A program made the position numbers and the translations under genes. Below the pieces are notes generated by a model. The model saw only the letters and a list, made by a program, of their open reading frames with translations, did not search any database and was not told the DNA's origin. From an uncultured Gemmatimonadaceae bacterium (GTDB lineage: Bacteria; Gemmatimonadota; Gemmatimonadetes; Gemmatimonadales; Gemmatimonadaceae), in NCBI GenBank assembly GCA_963817955.1, contig CAWFQK010000004.1, positions 448,001 through 512,000 on the forward strand: DNA of 64,000 nucleotides. The letters run 5' to 3'. How positions within the stretch are numbered: position 1 is the stretch's first letter; each line of letters starts with the position of its first letter. Below, piece after piece: positions 40,289 to 50,506 of this stretch.

Positions 40289-40303
40289 CGCAATTGTAGT
40301 TGC

Positions 40304-40782
40304 ATGAGAGGAACCGTTCTTCTAATCGAGCTCCACACCGCGCTGGCCCCTCGCCCAGAGCCAGTCCCGGCGGACGCGCGCCTCACCAATACTCCGCTCA
40401 CCAGAACTCCGCCCACCAGTACCGTCCCGCGCCCGACGCGACTCCAGTGTCGCGTCTGTCAACACGGCCACCTCCACCTCATCGAGCGGGTCGACCGACC
40501 GCGCGCCCCGCCATGACGCGCCTGGTTCGGTCAGCACGCTCGGATCATGGATCGGCAACGGTGTCGATCGCGCCGCCGTCCAGCCGTGCTGCACCCTCCC
40601 CCGACGTACCACGTCTTACACCGGGTGCACTGGCACTGACCCGCGCTCAGCCGCCGTCACCCGGCGCCTTCGCCGAGTCGCGCGTGCATCCTAGCTCGAA
40701 AGATCCTCGCGGCCGCGTCCATCTCGCTTGAAATTCCAGAGGCCTTGATCCCTCCGCCCGTCACGCGCGGATCGAGTTCAAC
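40304..40782 (+). mobile_element. Remnant 3' end of an IS91-family (HUH/Y2) element
   Basis: ORF 40304..40516 ends CRVCQHGHLHLIERVDRPRAPP, like the CxxC...RxPP tail of IS91-type transposases. Downstream TTGAAATTCC (40728-40737) resembles an oriIS motif, and the segment ends in GTTCAAC. Confidence 0.55.
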
Positions 40783-40832
40783 TGGAGATTTTGCCGCGGC
40801 TTCGCGCGGCACGAATCTCTACTGCGTTATAC
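40776..40832 (+). mobile_element. attC-like site 5 (57 bp, atypical)
   Basis: GTTCAAC-TGGAGATT-TTGCCGCGGC-TTC-GCGCGGCA-CG-AATCTCTA-CTGC-GTTATAC; ATG of the next gene 27 nt after the crossover. Confidence 0.7.
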
Positions 40833-40852
40833 CGCGACACCCTTGATTCATC

Positions 40853-41591
40853 ATGCCGGACTACGAATGCGCCTACTGCGGTCACGTCGCACCGGCGACT
40901 GACGATCACGTGCCGGCGAAGAACCTCTTCGTCGGCCCGCTCGCAGGTGATCTGCCCTCCGTGAAGTCGTGCGACTCTTGCAACGGGGGTTCGTCCAAAG
41001 ACGACGAGTATTTTCGCGACGTCATCCTCAAATACCTTCCAGTGTCGGATCGGGCCGCAGCGCGACCGCTCGTCGCGAAGATGCTGCGCGCCGCCGGGAA
41101 GCCCGAAAAGGAGGCTTACGCACGGTCGATTCTCGGTGAGTTCCGAACCGTCGATCTGAGGACGCCGTCTGGGCTGAACGTCGGTACGCAAGACGCGTTC
41201 GCGCCCGATATGCCGCGCCTTGAACGAGTCGTTTCGCGATATGTGCGCGGACTACATTGAATATCACCTCGGCGTCCGCGCCCCTACCGACGCGCCCATT
41301 CGCATCGTCTTCAATCCAGATGAGATCAACCGGCGGCACGACGAGTTCGCGGCTATGTTCGTGGGCGGGCAGGCGTGCGTCGTGCAACACGGTGTCTTTC
41401 AATATGCTTGGAAGAAGTTCGGTGATGCACCCGCGAGTACGTACTGGCTGCTCATCTTTTTCGATGTCTGTCCGATCATTGGCGCCGTTCGGCCGCACCG
41501 GCTGGTTGGCGCGCCCTGCCGTATAACGAACGCTGAAGCTGGCAAAGAGACTATTGAATTGTTGCGCGCTTCGCGCGCAACTCTTATTTGA
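40853..41591 (+). CDS. Cassette 6: HNH-like Zn-finger endonuclease protein (frameshift near 41257; 3' end uncertain)
   Basis: CAYCG...TDDHVPAKNLF...VKSCDSCNGGSSKDDEYFR; continues in a second frame GVFQYAW...WLLIFF. Confidence 0.75.
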
Positions 41592-41621
41592 TCTCTTTGC
41601 AGCTTAGCTGGGGCGTCATGC
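41521..41621 (+). mobile_element. attC site 6 (101 bp; R' core reads GTC instead of GTT)
   Basis: GTATAAC...GCT[G]AAGCTG[G]CAAAGAGA...TCTCTTTGCAGCTTAGC...GTCATGC. Confidence 0.85.
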
Positions 41622-41641
41622 GGCAGACAAACATCCCCTGA

Positions 41642-41983
41642 ATGAAGATTCCAAACGGCAACCGCGCGATCGTCGATGACGTGAAGGTGCGCGACTACCT
41701 GCTCTCGCCCGACCATCCGATCGGCCGGTTCAAAGCCCGTGTCTTCGGCTCCGTCGGCTACGGTCGCGACAACTGGCAATGCCTGAGGGACGATCTCCTC
41801 GCGCTCGCGTCGACGATCGATGCCAACCCGGTTCAGACAAACCGGTTCGGCGAGCACTGGGCCGGCACGGGGCAGCGGCGCGGACCGAGCGGTGCCCCCT
41901 TGCCAGTCATGACTGTTTGGCTCATACCTTCTGAGGGCGCGTCGCCGCGCCTGATCACTGCGTATCCTGCGAGCGCCGCATGA
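41642..41983 (+). CDS. Cassette 7 gene A: DUF6883-like protein (putative toxin/nuclease)
   Basis: MKIPNGNRAIVDDVKVRDYLLSPDHPIGRFKARVF...TVW...PRLITAYP. Confidence 0.75.
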   Translation: MKIPNGNRAIVDDVKVRDYLLSPDHPIGRFKARVFGSVGYGRDNWQCLRDDLLALASTIDANPVQTNRFGEHWAGTGQRRGPSGAPLPVMTVWLIPSEGASPRLITAYPASAA

Positions 41984-42222
41984 CCATTCACGAACTCGAT
42001 ACTGTTGTCCTCGAACGCGATATCCCGGAGCATGGGCTTCGGCGCGGAGACTTGGGTGCGGTGGTCCACGTGTACGGCGAACAATCCATCGACGTCGAAT
42101 TCGTTCGACTGTCCGGGGAAACGCAAGCGCTCGTACAACTGACCCCCAATGATGTCCGCGGCGTGCGCGATGCTGATCTCCCCGCTGTACGAACGGCCGA
42201 GGTTCGGCGTGGTGCCGCATAA
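41980..42222 (+). CDS. Cassette 7 gene B: DUF4926-like protein (putative antitoxin/immunity)
   Basis: ELDTVVLERDIPEHGLRRGDLGAVVHVY...VEF...GET. ATGA-coupled to gene A; stop inside R'' GCATAAC. Confidence 0.8.
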   Translation: MTIHELDTVVLERDIPEHGLRRGDLGAVVHVYGEQSIDVEFVRLSGETQALVQLTPNDVRGVRDADLPAVRTAEVRRGAA

Positions 42223-42240
42223 CAATCGCGAACGGGACAG
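42217..42240 (+). mobile_element. Truncated attC site 7 (R'' only)
   Basis: TGCCGCATAAC is complementary (10/11) to the cassette start GTCATGCGGCA; no L'/R' follows. Confidence 0.6.
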
Positions 42241-42259
42241 TCTTTCCCGCTAGGAGCCT

Positions 42260-42628
42260 GTGATGGTTGCTCAGCACCTGTCCTCAGATCGGGGAGCGGA
42301 TGTCACGCTCGATGTGCTCTGGCGCTCGACCGCGCTTCGCCTGCCCAGCCGTGCGGTTGCCAGTTTGCTCGTGGCCGGCATGACCATTCTCGCGGGTTCC
42401 ATCTTCGCTTCAGGGCCACTGAACCTTGGAGCCCTTGGCATCTGGATGATCGCATTCGCGGTCTACGCCGCGATCATCCAATCGGCCGTGGCGCACCGCT
42501 CGCGCCGCAGGGTCACACGGTTCCTCGCGAGGCTGACGAGCGCCATCGCCGCGTTCGCGGCCCTGAGTGTCGGGCTGCTGCTCTTGGCCGCGGTCTTCGG
42601 CGGCAGCATCGAGGTCATGCGCCGCTAG
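42260..42628 (+). CDS. Hypothetical membrane protein
   Basis: AGGAG RBS; three hydrophobic segments. Confidence 0.6.
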   Translation: MMVAQHLSSDRGADVTLDVLWRSTALRLPSRAVASLLVAGMTILAGSIFASGPLNLGALGIWMIAFAVYAAIIQSAVAHRSRRRVTRFLARLTSAIAAFAALSVGLLLLAAVFGGSIEVMRR

Positions 42629-42753
42629 TCTTTCGGTCGCGAGCAATGACAGCTCATCGTGGCAGCGAGCTGACGAACGCTGAACTTGTCGAGCGACCTT
42701 GCCATCCGCTGCAACCACGGTTCCTCGCCCGACTTCCTCCGTTGCATCCATCA

Positions 42754-43032
42754 ATGCTCTTCATGATCATCGAGCACTTTCGGGGAGGCGATCCGCGGCC
42801 CGTCTACGAGCGTTTCCGTGCTCAAGGCCGGCTCGCACCCGACGGCCTGCACTATGTCAACAGCTGGGTGACAGTCGACCTCGCGCACTGCTACCAGATC
42901 ATGGAGTGTGAGGATCGCGGCCTCCTGGATCAATGGCTCGCGGCGTGGACAGATCTCGTCGACTTTGATGTCTATCCGGTTATCAGCTCGGCGGAAGCGA
43001 CTACTCATGTTATATCTGGGACGTCGAGTTAA
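42754..43032 (+). CDS. DUF3303-like protein
   Basis: MLFMIIEHF...VYERFRAQGRLAPDGLHYVNSWV...CYQIME...WTDLVDFDVYPV. Confidence 0.8.
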   Translation: MLFMIIEHFRGGDPRPVYERFRAQGRLAPDGLHYVNSWVTVDLAHCYQIMECEDRGLLDQWLAAWTDLVDFDVYPVISSAEATTHVISGTSS

Positions 43033-43108
43033 GCATCTCGACCATGCAAGCTGACGTGCGCTGAAGCCGACGAGCGATTTGTTGTCACGAATGCACGGAG
43101 GATGTCGT

Positions 43109-43813
43109 ATGACCGGTCCTATCGACAACTCACAACACAGGGCTGCACGAACGGCCGGCATAGCCTACGTGCTTTCCTTCGTACTCGTCGTCGGCGTGAA
43201 TTTCGGGATCTTCGGACGGCTGCTCGTCGGCGATCCAGGCCAGATTGCGCGGGCGGTCATCGCGAACGCAACCGTCTTTCGCATTGGTCTCGTGGGCCAG
43301 CTCCTCTACTCCGTCGGCGTTGTCGTCGTCAGTGCAGCCCTGTACATAGTGCTCGGGCCCGTTGACCGGCTGCTGGCCCTCCTGGCTGGCGTCGGCCGCC
43401 TCGTCCATGCATTCACTTGGCTCCTGGTCTCGCTGAATCTCTTGACTGCATTGCGGCTGCTGGGCCAGCCCGACTATGCGCACGCCCTCCCGCCGGATCA
43501 ATTGGCGGCGCTCGCTCGGCTCGACCTCTCCGGCTTTGATCAGTACTACGTCGGCCTTCTCTTCTGATCGTTGGCCTCGACCCTCGGCGCCTATTTGTGG
43601 CTCAAATCGCGGTACATCCCGAGGGCCATGGCCACGTTTGGCCTCGCGGCGAGCGTCTGGGGTGCGGCCTGCTGCTTCGCGCTTTTCATCTTCCCACGCT
43701 TTTCAAACGTGGTGAACCTGTGGTGGTTCGATGTCCCGATGGTGCTCTTCGAACTGAGTCTGAGCCTTTTGCTGATTGCCAAGGGCCTCCGATCGCCTCG
43801 ACTCGCGCATTAG
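43109..43813 (+). pseudogene. DUF4386-like membrane protein with an in-frame TGA at 43565-43567
   Basis: AARTAGIAY, IANATVFRIG, ALYIVLGPV, YLWLKSRYIPR, FELSLSLLLIAKG. The two ORFs are in the same frame; GGAGG RBS. Confidence 0.75.
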
Positions 43814-44306
43814 GGTCGTCAATTGTGGCAATTGCCGACGGCGTTGGCAGATGCCGCCCTTCGCGCACCACACCGAGGCCCCACGACGGAGGCTGTGCGC
43901 TCGCGACAGCGCTCCGTTGGCGACCAGTCTCGGCGAAGGATGGGCCGGAATACGCACTCGCGTGCCGCCATCCAGTGTTCGGCCGCTGATGCGCGAAAAC
44001 TTGGCCGCGGCGTTCAGGCGCGGGGACGACGTCCGCCTATTTCATCGCGATCGTCGGCGGGATGCCCGCAGCTCTTCGTCCTGCTTGGGCCTCTACCTTA
44101 CAAACACCCCAGTTTCGAAAACACAACTTTTCGGTTGCTGGCAGGGACCAGTGCAACTCCAACTCTGATTCGCCGACCAGCGATCAATGAAACCGGAGCG
44201 CGAACGCTAGAAATGCCACGAAGGGGCGCAACAACCGTCCCACGCATTCGCGGCATTCGTGTTCACATCGGCAATCTCGCCCCGTCAGCGCTGTACGACG
44301 CGCTGG

Positions 44307-44513
44307 AAGCGCCGAAAATCGCGGTACAAGCGCTGAAAATCGCGATGGCAGCGCTGAAAGACGCGATACAAGCGGCGAAAAACGCGATGCAAGCACCGAA
44401 ATTCGCGATGCAAGCGCTGAAATTCGCGATGACAGCGCTGAAATTCGCGACACAAGCAGTGAAACTCGCGACACAAGCACTGAAAATCGCGACGCAAGCG
44501 CTGTTCGGCCGAC
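44307..44513. repeat. 21-bp tandem repeat (about 10 units)
   Basis: Consensus AAGCGCTGAAAWTCGCGAYRC; the plus frame reads (ALKFAMQ)n. Confidence 0.85.
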
Positions 44514-44518
44514 CCTCA

Positions 44519-44617
44519 GCGTGTTTCACTGACCTGCTCGCGTGATTCACCGGCCTGCTCGCGCGTTTCACTGACCTGCTCGCGTGATTCAGCGACCTGC
44601 TCGCGCCTTTCACCGAC
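44519..44617. repeat. Second 21-bp tandem repeat (about 4.5 units)
   Basis: GCGTGTTTCACTGACCTGCTC variants. Confidence 0.85.
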
Positions 44618-44709
44618 CCGCGCGCCCTGTCAGCTCGCGTGAGCGGACATTCTGTCCGCTCATACGCGTCCTTTCGCGTCAATGCAGTGGTGTACGCGAC
44701 CACTCTCAC

Positions 44710-44748
44710 GGAAAACGGGGGCTGCCGAAGCAGCCCCCGTTTCCTTTC
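44710..44748 (-). terminator. Intrinsic terminator downstream of groEL (possibly bidirectional)
   Basis: AAACGGGGGCTGC-CGAA-GCAGCCCCCGTTT, 13-bp stem. Confidence 0.85.
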
Positions 44749-44776
44749 GTACAGTGTCGAGCGACGAACGCGTGGG

Positions 44777-46419
<1,643 letters not shown>

Positions 46420-46467
46420 GGTGCGAAATCCTCATTCAGAAAGTGAGAATTAGCGTTTGTGGATAGT

Positions 46468-46770
<303 letters not shown>

Positions 46771-46826
46771 ACGGTTTGCTCCTCCTTCTCTGTGGCTGCG
46801 GTAAAAAGAATGATTGGCTTGTGTTG

Positions 46827-46853
46827 TTAGCACTCAGCACACAAGAGTGCTAA
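46827..46853. promoter_or_regulatory. CIRCE element (HrcA operator)
   Basis: Perfect TTAGCACTC-N9-GAGTGCTAA upstream of groES. Confidence 0.97.
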
Positions 46854-46861
46854 CGACCCGC

Positions 46862-46890
46862 AGTCTACCCGGTTCCGACTCCCCAGTCAA
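46862..46890 (-). promoter_or_regulatory. Sigma70-type groESL promoter
   Basis: TTGACT-N17-TAGACT immediately upstream of the CIRCE. Confidence 0.75.
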
Positions 46891-46937
46891 GCCGAGCGAG
46901 TGTACCGAATGAGGCTAAGTCATTCCTCCGCAAACGT

Positions 46938-47729
46938 TTAAGCAGGCCCAGGCTCTGGCCGAAGCAACGAATGCGCGATCTGCAGGCCCTGCAGCGTCAG
47001 ATGCGGCTCCACTCGGTCGAACGACCGGCACAACGTCGCCATCGTCTCGGCGAAGCCCCCCGTGGCGATCACCAATGGCACCTGCTCACGTGGCCAGCTC
47101 TCCTTGATCCGGCGCACGATGCCGTCGATCGCATCCGCGGCGCCAAACAGGACGCCTGCCCGAATGCAATCCTCCGTGCGCGTGCCAATCACCCGCGTGG
47201 GTACGGTGATCTCCGTCGCCGGCAGCTTCGAGGTGCGCCGCGTGAGCGTCTCCGCGGATGTCAGGACGCCTGGCGCGATCACGCCGCCGAGGAACACGCC
47301 GTCGGCGGTGATACAATCGAAGGTCATCGCCGTTCCCATGTCCACGACGATCGCGTCGCGGGCGAACAGGCGACTCGCGGCCAGTGTGTTGATCAGCCGG
47401 TCGGCGCCCACCGTGAGCGGCTCGTCGACCGCGAGGCGGATCGGCAACTCGGCACGGGCGTCCACCACCAGCGGCGTCCCAATGGCGAAGTACTGCTCAC
47501 ACGCGCTGCTCAACGGGCCCGTCACGCGAGGCACCACGGATCCGATCGCGACGCTCGTCACCGCGTCGGGCGTGAAGTCGCTCGCCGCCAACAGGGAGTG
47601 CAGCAGCACCCCGAATTCGTCCGGCGTGCGCGCGACGTCCGTCATGACCCGCCAGTGGCCGCGCAGCTCGGCCTCGCTGAACAGGCCAATCGTCAACTCG
47701 GTGTTTCCCACATCGAAGACGAGGATCAT
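46938..47729 (-). CDS. coaX: Type III pantothenate kinase
   Basis: DVGNT, SVVP, VGADRL, VDMGTAMTFD, GGVIAPG, ATGG, LTLQGL. Confidence 0.93.
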   Translation of the reverse strand: MILVFDVGNTELTIGLFSEAELRGHWRVMTDVARTPDEFGVLLHSLLAASDFTPDAVTSVAIGSVVPRVTGPLSSACEQYFAIGTPLVVDARAELPIRLAVDEPLTVGADRLINTLAASRLFARDAIVVDMGTAMTFDCITADGVFLGGVIAPGVLTSAETLTRRTSKLPATEITVPTRVIGTRTEDCIRAGVLFGAADAIDGIVRRIKESWPREQVPLVIATGGFAETMATLCRSFDRVEPHLTLQGLQIAHSLLRPEPGPA

Positions 47730-48499
47730 GGCGCCTCCTTGTTGAGGACGAGAGAACCTGCGCGTACAACGACGTCGCCAGCAGCCGCGCGCACGCAGAG
47801 CGCGCCGCTCGCGTCGATTCCCTGCACGACGCCAACGACCGGCTCCACGCAGGCGCGCCCGCCCGCAAAATCCCGCGCGGCAAACTCGGCGAGCTCCACG
47901 TTTGACAACACCCCTGAACACAGCGCCGCTCGGCGGATCGCCGGTATGACCGCGTCGAGGAGGGCGAGACGCGCGACGCCCGAGCGTAACCCGATGGCAT
48001 TCGGCTCCCCCTCCGGCGCGCGAACATTGACGCCAACCCCAATCGCCACCCATTCCGGCAATCCATCACGCCACCGCGCCTCCACGAGCACCCCAGCGAG
48101 CTTGCGCCCGTCCGCATACACATCGTTTGGCCACTTGAGCCGCACAGCGCCATCGGCGAACGCGTCCAGCGCGGGGGCGAGCGCCAGCCCGACGCGCAGC
48201 GACAACACGTCCAGTGCAGCCAGGTCATTCGGACGCTCCACGAGCGTGAGCCAGACGCCAGCCCCCAACTCCGACCGCCACGATTTGCCCAATCGTCCAC
48301 GCCCGGCGCTCTGCCTGTCCGCCAGCACCAGCGTGCCCGCGGGAGCGCCTTCTGCAGCCAACAGGTGCGCCACGTCCAGCGTGGACCCAACAGTAGCGAA
48401 GGCGACGACCTTGGGCAGGCCGAGGCGTTGTTCGAGGTCGTCGCCGCGCAGCCCGTCGTAGCGGCCGGCGGCGCCGGCGTGATCAGCGGATGACGACAA
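47726..48499 (-). CDS. birA: Biotin--[acetyl-CoA-carboxylase] ligase
   Basis: QSAGRGRLGKSW, LKWPNDV, KLAGVLVE, GVGVN. Confidence 0.9.
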   Translation of the reverse strand: MSSSADHAGAAGRYDGLRGDDLEQRLGLPKVVAFATVGSTLDVAHLLAAEGAPAGTLVLADRQSAGRGRLGKSWRSELGAGVWLTLVERPNDLAALDVLSLRVGLALAPALDAFADGAVRLKWPNDVYADGRKLAGVLVEARWRDGLPEWVAIGVGVNVRAPEGEPNAIGLRSGVARLALLDAVIPAIRRAALCSGVLSNVELAEFAARDFAGGRACVEPVVGVVQGIDASGALCVRAAAGDVVVRAGSLVLNKEAP

Positions 48500-49283
48500 G
48501 ATAGAATGCGATCGCCAGCACGATGCGGTACCAGCCGAAGAGTGTGAAGTCCCGCGTCTTCAAGTACGCCAGGAACCACTTGATCGCGACGATGGCGGTG
48601 ATGAAACTGACGATGAATCCGATCGCCAGCGTACCGAAATGCCCTGACAGCCCGGAATATCCTTTGAGCAACTCGAGCGCACTCGCGGCCAGCATCGTCG
48701 GCACGGCGAGCATGAATGAGAATTCGACGATCGTGCGCTTGCTGATGCCAATGAGCGATCCGCCGACGATCGTTGCCGCGGACCGGGACACACCGGGCAC
48801 GATCGCGAGTGACTGGAACAAGCCAACGAGCAGCGCCTTCTTGTACGTGATCTCGCTGAAATCCGCTTCACGTTGCGAGTGATTCTTGAATCGCTCGAAG
48901 ATGAGCAGCGCGATCCCGCCGATGAGCAGCGTCCACAACACGACGTCGATGCTACCCAGCAAGTGCTTGATGACCTTGTAGAGCGCGAGTCCGATGATGC
49001 CGGTCGGAATGAACGCGACGACCAGCTTCTTGAGAATTTCCCAGTTCCAGAATTTGCTCCAGTACAGCACGACGACCGACAGGATGGCGCCCAGCTGAAT
49101 GATGATCTCAAAGCTCTTGACGAACTCGGACTCCGTCAGGTGCAGCGCGTCGGCCGACAGGATCAGGTGGGCGGTAGACGACACGGGCAGAAACTCCGTG
49201 ACGCCCTCGACGACACCAAGCAGGAGGGCGTGGCCGGCGTCGAGCACAGGTTGCGCGAGGGCGGCCGATTGCTGAAAGATCAC
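48483..49283 (-). CDS. uppP: Undecaprenyl-diphosphate phosphatase
   Basis: GVVEGVTEFLPVSSTAH, IQLGAIL, PGVSRSAATI, FSFMLAVP, FGWYRI. Start approximate. Confidence 0.93.
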   Translation of the reverse strand: MIFQQSAALAQPVLDAGHALLLGVVEGVTEFLPVSSTAHLILSADALHLTESEFVKSFEIIIQLGAILSVVVLYWSKFWNWEILKKLVVAFIPTGIIGLALYKVIKHLLGSIDVVLWTLLIGGIALLIFERFKNHSQREADFSEITYKKALLVGLFQSLAIVPGVSRSAATIVGGSLIGISKRTIVEFSFMLAVPTMLAASALELLKGYSGLSGHFGTLAIGFIVSFITAIVAIKWFLAYLKTRDFTLFGWYRIVLAIAFYLVVIR

Positions 49284-49294
49284 GATGGATTGGG

Positions 49295-50465
49295 TCAGGG
49301 GTCCGGCGTGCGTTCGATCGTCGAACGCTGCGCGAGGGTGTATTCGTAGAACGCCTCGTACTGGGCAACCATGGCATCGAGGGAGAATCGCTCGCGGGCG
49401 TCTGCCGCAGCCAGCGTACTCATTGCCTGCCAGCGATCCCGATCGGACAGAATGCCGATCGCTGCGTCGGACATGCCATCGACGTCGCCGACGGGGCAGA
49501 GCGCGCCGGTCTCGCCATCGCGGACCACCTCGGGCAGGCCGCCCGCGTTTGCCCCAATGACCGGCACGCCGCAGGCAAGCGCCTCGAGCGCGCTCAGGCC
49601 GAACGACTCGCTGTTCGATCGGCAGCAGGTAACAGGTCCGCGCCGGCGAGCAGCGGCGCGACGGCGTCGATCCGCCCGAGGAAGAACACCTTCTCCTGCA
49701 ACCCAAGCGTCGCGCGCCTCTGCCTCGGCGTCCAGCGCGGTCGGGGCCGTCGCCGACCATGACGAGCACGCTCGGAATCCGCGCGGCGACGCGGCCGAAA
49801 ATGCGAACGACGTCCCGCACCCGCTTCACGGGACGGAAGTTCGAGACGTGCATCAGCACTCCGAGTCCCCGGCGGCACCTGACCGTCGAGCATCGGCGTC
49901 GTAGTGCGCGCGGTCGTAGACGGCGGGATCGACGAAGTTCGGGATGACTTCGATGCGACAGGCCGTGCACCCGAAGGTCGTGAGCGTCTCCTGCTGCAGA
50001 TACTGCGACACAGCGGTGAACCCATCGGATTTTTCGATCGAGAACTTCGTGATGGCGCGGAACGACGGGTCCTGTCCGACGATGGTGATGTCGGTGCCGT
50101 GCAGCGTCGTGACACGCGTGATGTCCGGCCGCGTCGCCGCAGCATCTCCTTGCGCGATCCACGCGCTCGTCGCGTGCGGGATGGCGTAGTGACACGTGCA
50201 GCAGGTCGAGCCCATGCGCGAGCACCACCTCGTGCATGCGCACCGCGAGCGCGAGGTCGTACGGCGGATACTCGAAGAGCGGATAGCGGCCGACGTCCAC
50301 CTCGTGGAAGTAGATGCGCGGCAGGAAACGCCGGCAGGCGGAACGGCATGCTGGTACGTGATGAAGTGAACCTCGTGTCCGCGCGTGGGCGAGCGCGATG
50401 CCCAGCTCGGTCGCCAGCGCGCCCGACCCGCCGTACGTCGGGTAACAGGTGATGCCGATCTTCAC
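49295..50465 (-). CDS. bshA: N-acetyl-alpha-D-glucosaminyl L-malate synthase BshA-like glycosyltransferase (frameshifts)
   Basis: [62 protein letters not shown]. Confidence 0.88.
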
Positions 50466-50506
50466 GCGGCGCGCTCCTCCGCGATCCACCACCGTCGACG
50501 TCCGAC

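Noticed and set aside
43565..43567. Second selenoprotein
   Set aside because: Membrane-helix context suggests Trp rather than Cys, and no convincing SECIS hairpin was seen.
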